Part shown: piece after piece, positions 9,340-19,167 of the stretch | How positions within the stretch are numbered: position 1 is the stretch's first letter | Layout: every line of letters begins with the position of its first letter | DNA from: Candidatus Binatia bacterium | GTDB taxonomy: Bacteria > Desulfobacterota > Binatia > UBA9968 > JAJDTQ01 | Direction of reading: 5' to 3' | DNA: 64,000 nucleotides | Assembly: GCA_963666515.2 (NCBI GenBank) | Contig: OY762897.2 | Coordinates: forward strand, 544,001 to 608,000 | Made by a program: the position numbers and the translations under genes | The notes under the pieces: model-generated | Seen by the model: the letters and a program-made list of their open reading frames with translations, nothing else | Databases searched by the model: none | Told to the model about the DNA's origin: nothing

Positions 9340-10236
9340 ATGGTTTTCAGACTCGGCACCGCTGACACGGGCGGCACTTTCGACACCCAGGGGGCGGCGA
9401 TAGCAGAGGTCTTCAATGCGTCCCGCCCGCCGGAGGAACGTTGCGAGCTTACCCGAAGCTCTGCGAGCATCGACAACGCCAACCGGCTGGACCGGGGCGA
9501 GATCGAGTTCGGCTTCATGGCCTCCAACTGGGCGCCCCGGGCCGGGCGGGGGACGGAGCCGTTCGATCACCCCATCGGCCTGCGCATGGTGTCGCCGGCC
9601 AACGCCGGCCCCATCTTCTTCGTCACGCTGGCCGACACGCCGGTGGAGAACGTCGCCGATCTCGCCGGCAAGCGGGTGGCGGTGGGCGCCAGGGACAGCG
9701 GCATGACCCAGCACGTCCACACCCTTTGCGACGCTCTGGGCATTCCTTTCTCGGAGTTCACTCCGGTCTACATGGGGTTTCCCGAGGGAGCGGACGCCCT
9801 GGTGGCGGGGGAGGTGGACGTCCAGTTCCAGTGCCCGATTCCCAATGCCGTAATGACCGACCTGAGCCAACGGGCGCGGGTCACGGTGGTCCCGTACCGC
9901 GAGGAGCAGATCGAGCACGTGTTGTCGCAGGTTTCCTTCTACAGGCGGGTGATCATGCGCCGGGGCGTCTTCCGGGGCGTGGACGAAGACACTCCCCAGC
10001 TCGCGGTGCTCAACGTTCTGGTGACGCACGAGCGAGTGGACGAGGATCTCGTCTACGCGTTCGTCTCCACGCTGGTGCAGAACACCGGACGGCTGGCGCG
10101 GATCAATCCGTTGTTCGAGGGTTTGGATGAACTCTACGAACCGCTACGCACACAAGGGTCCCGGGCGCTGGAGTTGGAGGACGTGCCGCTGCACCCGGGC
10201 GCTCTCAGGGCCTACCGGGATGCGGGCTATCTTTGA
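9340..10236 (+). CDS. TAXI-family TRAP solute-binding protein (no signal peptide visible)
   Basis: LGTADTGGTF, ADLAGKRVAVGARDSG and C-terminal VPLHPGALRAYRDAG. Confidence 0.8.
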   Translation: MVFRLGTADTGGTFDTQGAAIAEVFNASRPPEERCELTRSSASIDNANRLDRGEIEFGFMASNWAPRAGRGTEPFDHPIGLRMVSPANAGPIFFVTLADTPVENVADLAGKRVAVGARDSGMTQHVHTLCDALGIPFSEFTPVYMGFPEGADALVAGEVDVQFQCPIPNAVMTDLSQRARVTVVPYREEQIEHVLSQVSFYRRVIMRRGVFRGVDEDTPQLAVLNVLVTHERVDEDLVYAFVSTLVQNTGRLARINPLFEGLDELYEPLRTQGSRALELEDVPLHPGALRAYRDAGYL

Positions 10237-10316
10237 TTGACGGGACGCGGCTGTTGGAGGCATCGTGGCTCGATTAGAGAAGCTCTCCGGCAGCCTTTGG
10301 GGAGGAGGACACGAAG

Positions 10317-12923
10317 ATGCGAACGGGAACATTGCTCAACCGGACATCGCTGATGTTTGTCGGCGGCCTGCTCGTGCTGGCCGGCGTCTTTTCCGATGGG
10401 CACCGCGCATCGGCGCAGACGCAGGAAGCGTGTCCGCTTCCTGCCGGCGGGACTCCTGTCACGCCCCCGCGGGTGACGGCGCAGCAGGTGGAAAACGGCA
10501 CCGGCAGCCTGAAGGACTATGCGCTGGACGCGAGGGAGCGGTCCAGAGAACATGCCCGGCAGGCCACGACCGTGGAACAAGGGCTGTATATCGCATGCCT
10601 CATAAGACAGGAGGGTGGGCCTTGGCGTTCCGGTTCCACCTACCTCGTGAGCCTGACGCCCGACGGCAGAGTGTTCCTTCACGCGAAGGACATGGCATTG
10701 TCCGGCAGGCTGCTCAACCCCTTGATTTATGCAGAGATACTTACTGCGCTGGGCGTCTCCCCAACCGACCTTGCCAACCTCGCGTCTGCCGATCCCGATA
10801 CGCGCCGCAGCGCCTTCGCTGCGGTCATGGCCACGTTGTCGCAGGAACCGGATGCTCCGTTCGATGCCACCGCCCCCATACCAGGCCTGCGGCCGGGCAT
10901 ACCCGGCGCTTCCGGCTACGCCGGCGTCTATGTCTCACCCGAACTACGGGCGCCGATCCTGCTGCTCGCCGGATTCGATCTCAACGCATCTCACCTGGCT
11001 CAGGAAGAGATCGATTACGGCGACCCTGCCATTACTGCCAGGGACGTCGTGGACCGGGAAACACTGAAGTCCTTCGTCACGCAAGCAGGGAATTACTTTC
11101 TTGATATCCAGAAGACCGGCGACGTAGGCACTGCCGCCAAGGCCAGGATCGCCTTGCGTGATCCGAACGGGCCCTGGAGACATGGATCCGTGTATCTCTA
11201 CGTCCTGGACCTCAACAGCAACATCATCACGTTTCACGCGGCGTTCCCGGACAGATTCGAGTATCGGCCTCTGACGCCTACCGTCCGCGACGCCGTGACC
11301 GGAGAGTTGATTCTGCCGCAAGTCATCGAGGCGGCGAAAAGCAGCCCGGAAGGCGGCTTCGTCCAGTACTACTTCGACGATCCCGGGGACGATACCGACA
11401 GTGCCGACATCCCCAAGCTGGGCTACGCCCGCGAGTTCGCCGGAAAAATCCAAAGGCCGGACGGAAGCACGATCCCGGTCGCCTTCATCGTCGGGTCGGG
11501 ATTCTACCTTAGCTCACCTTCGGTGGTCGCCGCGCGCCAGAACGCGGTCGTCAAGTCGGTGCTGCCCCAGGTCATGCGGGCCATGACCGCCGGCACGGTG
11601 GATGCGGTCTCGGGCCGCATCGAGCAGGCTACCTCCGGCACGCCGCCGGCCAAGGGGTTCAGCTTCGGCGGCGCCTCCACGTTCTCCGATGCCTTGCTGG
11701 CGCACGGGCGGGCGCTGGCGAACGGCTCGTTCGACGCCAGCCGGCTGCTCCAGGGCTCGTCCTTCACCCTGCCCCTCGACGCGGCGGCTAAGGGGCGGGG
11801 TGGCCGGCTCGGAAACCTGACGTTCTGGGGAAGCGGCGACTACCGCAATCTGGCAGGCGGCAACGCTCAGACCGTGGACTACGACGGCAACGTGGTGAGC
11901 GCCAACCTCGGAATCGATACCCGGGTGGGCGAGAACCTGCTGGCCGGGGTGTCGGCGGGGTGGGCGCGGGGGACGGTGGACTATACGGACCCCAACGCGG
12001 TGACGGGCGAGTTGGCGACCAACGTGACCAGCGTCAACCCTTACGTGGGCGTGCAGATGCAGGGTGGCATGAATCTCTGGGCCACGGGCGGCTATGGCTG
12101 GGGCGAGGTGGAGATCGACGATGCGTCGGCCGAAACGGAAGCGAGCGACCTGACGCAGAAGATGGTGGCGGCGGGCGTGAGAGGGCCGCTGATGTCCAGC
12201 GATGAGCTGTTGAAAGGCGGCACCACGAGCCTGAACCTCAAGGGCGAGACCGCTTTCACGTGGGCCGACGTCGATGGCTCGGGGACCCTGGAGAGCATGT
12301 CGCTGGCGGCCAGTCGGCACCGGCTGATGCTGGAAGGGAGCCATGTACGGAAACTCGCCTCGGGCGGGACGTTCACCCCGTCGATCGAGGTCGGCATGCG
12401 GTACGACGGCGGAGACGGCGAGACCGGCAGCAGTGTCGAGACCGGGGCCGGCCTGCGCTACATGGATTCGGCGAGCGGGCTGACCATGGAGGGCCGCGCC
12501 CGCACCGTGCTGGCCCATGGCGGCGACTACGAGGAATGGGGCGTAAGCGGGCTTTTGCGGCTCGATCCGGGTGCGGCGGGTCTGGGGTTTTCCCTCAGCG
12601 TGCAGCCGGCGTGGGGCCGGACGGCCAGCGGTGTGCAGCGGTTGTGGGAGACCGGGGCGCTGCCCGGCCCGGCGGCCAACGATCAGGCCGCGCGCGTCAA
12701 TGCGCGGGTCGGCTATGGCTTCGGCATCACGTGGGGCGGTCGGGGGGTGCTGACGCCCTATACCGACGTGTCGCTCTCCGGGAAGGGGTCCCGGCGGTTC
12801 AGCCTGGGCGGGCAATACAGGATGGGGTCGTCGGTCACGATGAGCCTGGAAGGCGTGCACAGCAATCCGGCGCACCGCGCCACCAGCCGGGGCGTCATGC
12901 TGCGCGCCGACCTCAACTGGTAG
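10317..12923 (+). CDS. Autotransporter with two Cache-like passenger repeats
   Basis: Signal peptide and an internal repeat (GGPWRSGSTYLV / NGPWRHGSVYLYV). GGFVQYYFDDP...KLGYA...IVGSGFY is sCache-like. The C-terminal beta-barrel (FWGSGDY, PSIEVGMRYDGGDGETG) ends in LNW. Confidence 0.75.
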   Translation: MRTGTLLNRTSLMFVGGLLVLAGVFSDGHRASAQTQEACPLPAGGTPVTPPRVTAQQVENGTGSLKDYALDARERSREHARQATTVEQGLYIACLIRQEGGPWRSGSTYLVSLTPDGRVFLHAKDMALSGRLLNPLIYAEILTALGVSPTDLANLASADPDTRRSAFAAVMATLSQEPDAPFDATAPIPGLRPGIPGASGYAGVYVSPELRAPILLLAGFDLNASHLAQEEIDYGDPAITARDVVDRETLKSFVTQAGNYFLDIQKTGDVGTAAKARIALRDPNGPWRHGSVYLYVLDLNSNIITFHAAFPDRFEYRPLTPTVRDAVTGELILPQVIEAAKSSPEGGFVQYYFDDPGDDTDSADIPKLGYAREFAGKIQRPDGSTIPVAFIVGSGFYLSSPSVVAARQNAVVKSVLPQVMRAMTAGTVDAVSGRIEQATSGTPPAKGFSFGGASTFSDALLAHGRALANGSFDASRLLQGSSFTLPLDAAAKGRGGRLGNLTFWGSGDYRNLAGGNAQTVDYDGNVVSANLGIDTRVGENLLAGVSAGWARGTVDYTDPNAVTGELATNVTSVNPYVGVQMQGGMNLWATGGYGWGEVEIDDASAETEASDLTQKMVAAGVRGPLMSSDELLKGGTTSLNLKGETAFTWADVDGSGTLESMSLAASRHRLMLEGSHVRKLASGGTFTPSIEVGMRYDGGDGETGSSVETGAGLRYMDSASGLTMEGRARTVLAHGGDYEEWGVSGLLRLDPGAAGLGFSLSVQPAWGRTASGVQRLWETGALPGPAANDQAARVNARVGYGFGITWGGRGVLTPYTDVSLSGKGSRRFSLGGQYRMGSSVTMSLEGVHSNPAHRATSRGVMLRADLNW

Positions 12924-12998
12924 TCGTACCCGTGCTCCCTCTGCCGGCAAGGGCCGGAACGAAGTCGGCGGAGGCACACGTGAGCCGTGGCAGGATCG

Positions 12999-14300
12999 AT
13001 GAAGAAACCCATTGACGCGGCAGAACTCCTCGTATCGAGAGCCGGCGAAGACGGCGACTTTCGCCAACGTCTTCTCGTGAAACCCAAAGAGACGATCGAA
13101 AAGGAATTCGGCGTGACGTTGGCCGAAGACCACGAGATTCACGTGCACGAGGAAACCTATGGCGCGACGCACGTGGTGCTTCCGCCGCGCAGCAAGTTCA
13201 GCAAGTCCGAACGGGAGGAGGCGAGAACCGGCGCCACCTCGCTAGAGTTTCTTCGCAAGACGCTCCACGACCCCGCGCCGCCCCTCCGTCCCCCCGCCAA
13301 CAAGCGGGCAAGAGCCCGAAAAAACGGTGCTAACTCCGAGGCGCTTGGGAGAGCGGCCAGAAAAAGCATCCGCCGCGGTCTCGTTTTCCTGGAATCCACC
13401 GTCGACGAGCAGTGGGCTTGGCACTGCATCCGGTTCAATGTAGCCAAACCGGACATTCCACGGCATTTCGAAAGACCTCCTTTCGTGTCGGCTCTCTGCG
13501 TGCTTGCGCTGCAAAGCAGCGATGAAGCGCGGGCCAAGGCCATGTGCGCCGCCACCAGGGCGTATCTCGTCAACACCATCGAGTATCCCGGATTGTGGCG
13601 TTACTATCGCCATCTGCCCCAGGATCTGGACAGCAGCTCACTCTGTTCGCTTGTCATTGGAACTCACCCGTGGATCCTGCTGGGAAGGAATGTTCCGCAG
13701 ATGTTGGCGAATCGCGACGAAGAAGGCCGTTTCATGACCTGGATGCTGGCGGAAGACCAACCCGATGTCGTGTCGCCCTTTCGAGTCGAAGCCGACCCGG
13801 TCGTCAATGCCAATGTCATCGCTTACCTGGGCGACCACGCCGAAACCAGGGATGCCCAACGATGGTTGGAAGCCCTGATCACCGAAGGCAGCCTCGAGGG
13901 CTCGTCGAAATGGTATCCCGACACGATCGCGATCTACTATGCGACCACACGCGCCATGATTTGCGCGCGGCCCGCTCTCGATTCACTACGCCCGATCCTT
14001 GCGGATCGTATCCTGGGCCTGCGCGACGGGAACGGAGCATTCGGCAACATCCTCCAGACCGCTCAGGCCGTGTCGGCGCTCTACAATATCGGAGGCCTTG
14101 AAAGCATCGACGCCAAACGCGAGGTGGAAAGGTTCATCGGTTCGCAACGTGAAGACGGTAGCTGGCCGGAGCTTCTCGCGTTCGGCGACCAAACGTTGAA
14201 GTGGGGCACGTTCGGGCAGATCGGGCATGGCTCCGAAGCCGTGACCTCCGCGTTTTGCATCGAAGCTCTGGAGCGTCTCGCCGAAGTCTTGAGGGCCTGA
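12999..14300 (+). CDS. NHLP-leader domain fused to a prenyltransferase/squalene-cyclase-repeat (class II terpene cyclase-like) domain
   Basis: The N-terminal ~80 aa align with the precursor leader (DGDFRQRLLVKPKETIEKEFGV...HVVLPP vs DPEFRQQLLADPKATISGELGI...HLALPP). The C-terminal part has PQDLDSS, DPVVNANVIAYLG and the QW-like motif SQREDGSW. Confidence 0.65.
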   Translation: MKKPIDAAELLVSRAGEDGDFRQRLLVKPKETIEKEFGVTLAEDHEIHVHEETYGATHVVLPPRSKFSKSEREEARTGATSLEFLRKTLHDPAPPLRPPANKRARARKNGANSEALGRAARKSIRRGLVFLESTVDEQWAWHCIRFNVAKPDIPRHFERPPFVSALCVLALQSSDEARAKAMCAATRAYLVNTIEYPGLWRYYRHLPQDLDSSSLCSLVIGTHPWILLGRNVPQMLANRDEEGRFMTWMLAEDQPDVVSPFRVEADPVVNANVIAYLGDHAETRDAQRWLEALITEGSLEGSSKWYPDTIAIYYATTRAMICARPALDSLRPILADRILGLRDGNGAFGNILQTAQAVSALYNIGGLESIDAKREVERFIGSQREDGSWPELLAFGDQTLKWGTFGQIGHGSEAVTSAFCIEALERLAEVLRA

Positions 14301-14378
14301 AGCCTTTGCGGGTTACTCTATGCGGTGGTAACATCGTACCTTGATGCCGGGGAGGAACAGTCCGTCAGGAAAGCTGCC

Positions 14379-16775
14379 ATGTCGCAAGATACAGCCGTAG
14401 GTGGCGGCTTGGGCCCAGACAACGCTGACGTCACCCAGCCCATTGAGCCGTCGATACGTAACGCCCTGCCGCATTACCTGCCACTGGGCATTTTTCCGCT
14501 GCTGCTTGCTGCCGTGATGTACGGCGGCTGGTGGTTGTTGCCGCCTTTTCTCTTCATGAGCGTCGTGGGTCCGCTTGATCGGGCGCTCGGTCCCGACGGC
14601 CGCAACATGGATCCGGAGAACACGCCGGAACGCCGGTTGCTCTGGCACAATCTGCCGGTCTGGACCTGGGCGTTTCTGTGGCCGGCGACGCTTGTTTTCG
14701 GCATGTGGCAGATCCTTGTCGCGAATCAGTTCGCGATCTGGGAAGCCGTGATCCTGGTGATCCTTCTCACCATGGAAGCACAGGCTGTCTTCGTGGTCGG
14801 TCACGAGTTGATTCACCGGCGCTCTACCTGGGAACGGCGGCTCGGAGAATTCCTGCTCGCCTCCGCTTCCTATCCGCAATATTCGACGGAACATGTCTAC
14901 ATCCACCATGCCAAGGTCGGCACGCCCCTTGATGTGGGATCCGCTCCAAAGGGGGAAAGTTTCTGGAGATATTTCCCCAGGGAGATCGTAAGCAACGTCA
15001 CCAACTCCTGGGACTTCGCCGGCGAACGCCTGGCGCGGCGCGGTCTGCCGCGGTGGCATTACAGCAATCAGTTCTGGCGCTACGGCATCGCCGTCCTGTT
15101 CTGGTACGGACTGGTGTGGTGGATGAGCGGGATCCTGGCGGTGCTGGTCTTTGCCTTCCTCGGTCTGAGCTGTGTCTTCTCGATGAAGATCAGCAACTAC
15201 TTCCAGCACTACGGTCTGCGGCGGGTGCGTCAGCCCAACGGCCGTTGGGAAAAGGTGATGCCGCGCCATTCCTGGGACGCCGACTGGAAGTTCAGCAACT
15301 GGATGTTCTTCAACATGCAACGCCATTCGGACCATCATGCCGCGGCGTCCCGCCACTATCCGCTGCTCCAGGTTCGGAGCGCCGACGACGCGCCGGTCTT
15401 GCCGGGAACCTACGCCGACATGATGAACATCGTGCTGCGGCCGAAGCGATGGTTCGAGAAGATGGATCCGTTGGTGGATCAATGGCGTGCGCATTTCTAT
15501 CCGGAGATCGATGACTGGAGCGCCTACGACAGCCCGATTTCCGCGGCGCGGCCGGAGGCCTTCGAGGCGATCGTCGAAATCTTCGGCACCGCCCCGCGGC
15601 TCGCCAAGTGGATCGAACGCAATCCCGAGCTCCTGGACTGTTTGCAGGAACGGGAATTCACCGACCTCGACCTGCCCAAGGGATTCGGGCCGGACCGGGA
15701 AACCGAGGCGATTGCGCGGCGCGGGCTTGCGAGGCTCTATTGGACGCTGGAAATGGGCGTGCAGGAGATGAAGGACCTGATCGCCGAAATCCCCACGGCG
15801 GATGCCAGGGAAACCGCCGAGATCGTGCGAAACTGGTCGAACGACAAGGCGTTTCAGATCGCCATGCACGTCTTGCGCGGAAACCTGTCGCCGGCCGAGG
15901 CGAAGACCGCCCTGTCTAATCTCGCGGAAGCGTCGATTTCGACCTTGCTCGGCGCGGTGGTGGCGGATGTGGTCGAACGGTCCGGACCGCTTGGCGCGGG
16001 TGGGGCCGCGGCGATATTCCTGGGCGATCTCGCCAGCCGGGAAGTTTATCCCGGCGTTGCCATCGACATGCTGTTCGTCCACGCCGGCGGCAGGATCGGC
16101 GACAATGAACGGCTTTGCCGGCAGTTCCGGGAGACCCTCGCCGACTTGGCCCGGGACAGTCTGTTGTTCTCGCCAATCGCGCCCGACCCGAATCCCCTTG
16201 CGGCGCTGCCCCTTTCCGAGCTGGCCGGGCATTGCGGGAGTCCTGCTTCCGGCACCATTCCCGTGCTCACCAGGGCGCGTTGCGTGTTCGAGTGCGGCGA
16301 CTCCGACATCGGCCGCCGCTTCGACGAGGCACGGCGCGACGCCTTGGCCGACTGCGGACGGAACGAGTCCCTGACTGGCGAGCCGCTCGAGCCACGGAAA
16401 GACGCCGCCGAAACCGGCGTGTCTGCATACGCCGATATGCGCGGCGGGCTGAATGACGTCGAGAGGGCCGCGCGGTTCCTGCAGTTGACGAATGGCGGGG
16501 CGGGCCTGGACGATCCGGCTCCGCCCGCGGTGGGGGTGCTTCATGGCGCGGGGGCGGAGCCCCTGGCGCAAGCCGCGTCCCTGTGGCGGGATTTGCAGGG
16601 CATCACGCGCCTCATCGGTGAGGAGGGGTTTGACGTGACCGCGGCGGGGCCGAAGGTCCACTCCCTCGTCGCGAGCGCATGCGGACACGCGGATTTCGAA
16701 GCGCTCAAGGCGGCGGTCGCCGAAACCGCGTCCCGCGCCGCCGCCGAGATCGATACGCTTCTTTCCCGCGCATGA
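14379..16775 (+). CDS. AlkB-like membrane di-iron monooxygenase/desaturase fused to a degenerate GlnE-like nucleotidyltransferase domain
   Basis: His boxes HELIH, EHVYIHH, NYFQHYG and MQRHSDHH. The C-terminal LGDLASREVYPGVAIDMLFV and RGGLNDVERAARFLQL resemble GlnE motifs. Confidence 0.75.
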   Translation: MSQDTAVGGGLGPDNADVTQPIEPSIRNALPHYLPLGIFPLLLAAVMYGGWWLLPPFLFMSVVGPLDRALGPDGRNMDPENTPERRLLWHNLPVWTWAFLWPATLVFGMWQILVANQFAIWEAVILVILLTMEAQAVFVVGHELIHRRSTWERRLGEFLLASASYPQYSTEHVYIHHAKVGTPLDVGSAPKGESFWRYFPREIVSNVTNSWDFAGERLARRGLPRWHYSNQFWRYGIAVLFWYGLVWWMSGILAVLVFAFLGLSCVFSMKISNYFQHYGLRRVRQPNGRWEKVMPRHSWDADWKFSNWMFFNMQRHSDHHAAASRHYPLLQVRSADDAPVLPGTYADMMNIVLRPKRWFEKMDPLVDQWRAHFYPEIDDWSAYDSPISAARPEAFEAIVEIFGTAPRLAKWIERNPELLDCLQEREFTDLDLPKGFGPDRETEAIARRGLARLYWTLEMGVQEMKDLIAEIPTADARETAEIVRNWSNDKAFQIAMHVLRGNLSPAEAKTALSNLAEASISTLLGAVVADVVERSGPLGAGGAAAIFLGDLASREVYPGVAIDMLFVHAGGRIGDNERLCRQFRETLADLARDSLLFSPIAPDPNPLAALPLSELAGHCGSPASGTIPVLTRARCVFECGDSDIGRRFDEARRDALADCGRNESLTGEPLEPRKDAAETGVSAYADMRGGLNDVERAARFLQLTNGGAGLDDPAPPAVGVLHGAGAEPLAQAASLWRDLQGITRLIGEEGFDVTAAGPKVHSLVASACGHADFEALKAAVAETASRAAAEIDTLLSRA

Positions 16776-16842
16776 CGCCTCCGCATCTTGCCATGCGAAT
16801 GAACCGGACGGGACACTAGCCGATCCGGCGCGGAAAACCCAG

Positions 16843-19158
16843 ATGCCAGCGCAAACGGACGCGAATCCCCGGCGCGGAATCCTGATCAGGACGACTCCCG
16901 CGGACCAGGGCCTTGTCGAGCTTCCCGCGCTTGCGCCGCACCTGCAATTCCACGATATCGGCGAAAAGCAGACGCTGCTGGTTTCCGAGTCGTTCAATAC
17001 CCTGCTGCACGGCAAGCTGTATTGCGATCTTCTGCCGCTGCTCGACGGCCGGCGCCCGCCGGACGAGATTGTCGCCGCCCTCGATGGCGCCCATGCCGCC
17101 GCCGACGTTCTTGCGGCCATGGTTTCGCTCTCCGCCAAGGGCTATGTCGTCTCCGCCGATCACGGCATGGACCGACCACGGGCAGCCTACTGGTCGTCGC
17201 TTGGCGCATCGCCGCGCTGGGTCGAGCGACGGCTGGCGGAATCGCGCGTCGCGGTTGAAGGTGACGAGGGCCGGTTCATCCGGCATCTGGAAGAGGGCGG
17301 TGCCGGCGTGGGGACCGGCGGTCCCAAACTTACGGTCGTCGTCTGCGACGATTATCTTGAAGCACACCTTGCGGAAGTGAATCGGCGCCGGCTTGAGGCG
17401 GGAGCGCCGTGGACGCTGGTGCGGCCGCGCGGCATGGAGGCGCTGTTCGGCCCCGTCTTTCGCGCGGACAAGCGAGGACCCTGCTGGGACTGCCTGGCTT
17501 ACCGCCTGCGCAGCCACCGGGAAGTCCACGGTTTTCTGCGCAACGTTGCCGGCGAGGAGGCTGCCTTCAAGCCGTTCGCGGCCCAGCCCGCGGTGCTGGA
17601 AGCGCTGTACGGGCTGATCGCCGCGGAGATGGTCAAATGGCTGGTGCTGGAGGAGGCCGCACCGATTCACGAGCACGCGATCACCATGAACGTCGGCGCC
17701 TTCGCAAGTTCGCAGCATCGGGTCATGCGCCGGCCGCAGTGCCCGGCCTGCGGCGACGAAGCGTTGCATCGGCCGGATCGACCGCCGGTCCCGCTGTGTC
17801 TGAAGGCGAGTCCCAAAGCCCATCTCAACAGCGGCGGCGCCCGCGCCGTGGCGCCGGAAGTGACCCTGGCGAAGTACCGCCACCTAGTGAGCCCTATCAG
17901 TGGTGTCGTGACCTGGCTTTCGCGCACCACCGATGAGGCCGATCCCTGGCTGCATGTCTACTGGGCCGGAAGCAATCTCGGCATGAGAAGCCGGAGCCTG
18001 AGTTCGCTCCGGCGCAGCCTGCGCAGCAAGAGCGCCGGCAAGGGCAGCACGCGAGAGCAGTCCGAGGCCAGCGCGCTGTGCGAGGCCGTCGAGCGCTATT
18101 CGGGCGCCTTTCATGGCGACGAGATCCGCGTCCGCAAGCGATTCGTCGAATTCGCCGGAGAGGAGGCGATCCATCCCAACGATGCGCAGTTGTTCAGCGA
18201 CCGTCAGCTCGACAACGCGAAGAGCATCAACGCGAAGGGCCACCCCTACAACATCGTCCCGCCGCGTCTCGACCCCGACGCCGAAATCGACTGGACGCCG
18301 GTGTGGTCACTCACGCAGGAGCGGCCTCGCTACCTGCCGACGTCCATGCTCTACAGCATGCCGGCCGAGCAGCGCGGCTCCTCGGACCTGATCGCCGATT
18401 CCAACGGCTGCGCCGCCGGCAATACCCTGGAAGAGGCCATCCTGCAGGGCTTCTATGAACTGGCCGAGCGCGATGCGTTCGCCATCTGGTGGTATAATTG
18501 TCTGCGCGTGCCCGCGGTCGATCTTTCGAGCTTCGACGACGAGTACCTGGCCTCGGCCTCGGACCATTACGCCCGCTACGAGCGGGACCTTTGGATGCTG
18601 GACGTCACCTCCGATATCGGCGTTCCCGCGTTCGTTGCGCTCTCACGCCGGCCGGACGCCCAGACCGAGGACATCATTTACGGCGCCGGAGCCCACGCCG
18701 ACCCGCGCATAGCGGCCCTGCGCGCGGTTTGCGAGTTGAACCAGTGCCTTACCTGGCTGCCGCGTCCCGGAAGCGGGGACGGCCGGCCCATGATCGATGA
18801 TCCGCTGGCGCTTTGGTGGTGGAAGACGGCAAGACTCGCGGACTGCTCCTGGCTGGCGCCCGCGGCGGACGTTTCTCCGCGCAAGGCCGGGAGCTATCCG
18901 GTGATCGAATCGACGGACGCGCGCGAAGACGTGGAGCACTGCCGCGCGCTTGTCGAAGCCGGGGGGATGGAGTTCCTGGTGCTGGACCAGACCCGGCCCG
19001 ACATCGGCATGCCCGTGGTACGGGTCATCGTGCCGGGCCTGCGCCACTTCTGGGCAAGATTCGCGCCCGGGCGCCTGTACGACGCGCCGGTCAGCATGGG
19101 CCGCCGCGAGCGCCCCCTCGCCGAGGCCGATTTGAATCCCGCGCCTGTCATCGCGTGA
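16843..19158 (+). CDS. srpC: Fused leader-binding (E1-like)/YcaO cyclodehydratase
   Basis: GPCWDCL and PQCPACG; SAGKG...ALCEAVERYS, DSNGCAAGNTLEEA and ELAERDA; Pro-rich C-terminus LNPAPVIA. The symbol is by analogy to the srp clusters. Confidence 0.93.
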   Translation: MPAQTDANPRRGILIRTTPADQGLVELPALAPHLQFHDIGEKQTLLVSESFNTLLHGKLYCDLLPLLDGRRPPDEIVAALDGAHAAADVLAAMVSLSAKGYVVSADHGMDRPRAAYWSSLGASPRWVERRLAESRVAVEGDEGRFIRHLEEGGAGVGTGGPKLTVVVCDDYLEAHLAEVNRRRLEAGAPWTLVRPRGMEALFGPVFRADKRGPCWDCLAYRLRSHREVHGFLRNVAGEEAAFKPFAAQPAVLEALYGLIAAEMVKWLVLEEAAPIHEHAITMNVGAFASSQHRVMRRPQCPACGDEALHRPDRPPVPLCLKASPKAHLNSGGARAVAPEVTLAKYRHLVSPISGVVTWLSRTTDEADPWLHVYWAGSNLGMRSRSLSSLRRSLRSKSAGKGSTREQSEASALCEAVERYSGAFHGDEIRVRKRFVEFAGEEAIHPNDAQLFSDRQLDNAKSINAKGHPYNIVPPRLDPDAEIDWTPVWSLTQERPRYLPTSMLYSMPAEQRGSSDLIADSNGCAAGNTLEEAILQGFYELAERDAFAIWWYNCLRVPAVDLSSFDDEYLASASDHYARYERDLWMLDVTSDIGVPAFVALSRRPDAQTEDIIYGAGAHADPRIAALRAVCELNQCLTWLPRPGSGDGRPMIDDPLALWWWKTARLADCSWLAPAADVSPRKAGSYPVIESTDAREDVEHCRALVEAGGMEFLVLDQTRPDIGMPVVRVIVPGLRHFWARFAPGRLYDAPVSMGRRERPLAEADLNPAPVIA

Positions 19159-19167
19159 GGAGACGAC

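Noticed and set aside
12980-13015. GGAGG followed by GTG opening an 11-codon peptide just before the NHLP-fusion gene
   Set aside because: Too short to support as a gene. It could reflect a start-region frameshift, but ATG 12999 gives a complete leader domain.
14313-17138. 941-aa antisense ORF, and similar ones at 39043-42720, 45066-47333 and 11514-13172
   Set aside because: Shadow ORFs opposite well-supported genes in high-GC DNA, with no recognisable motifs.
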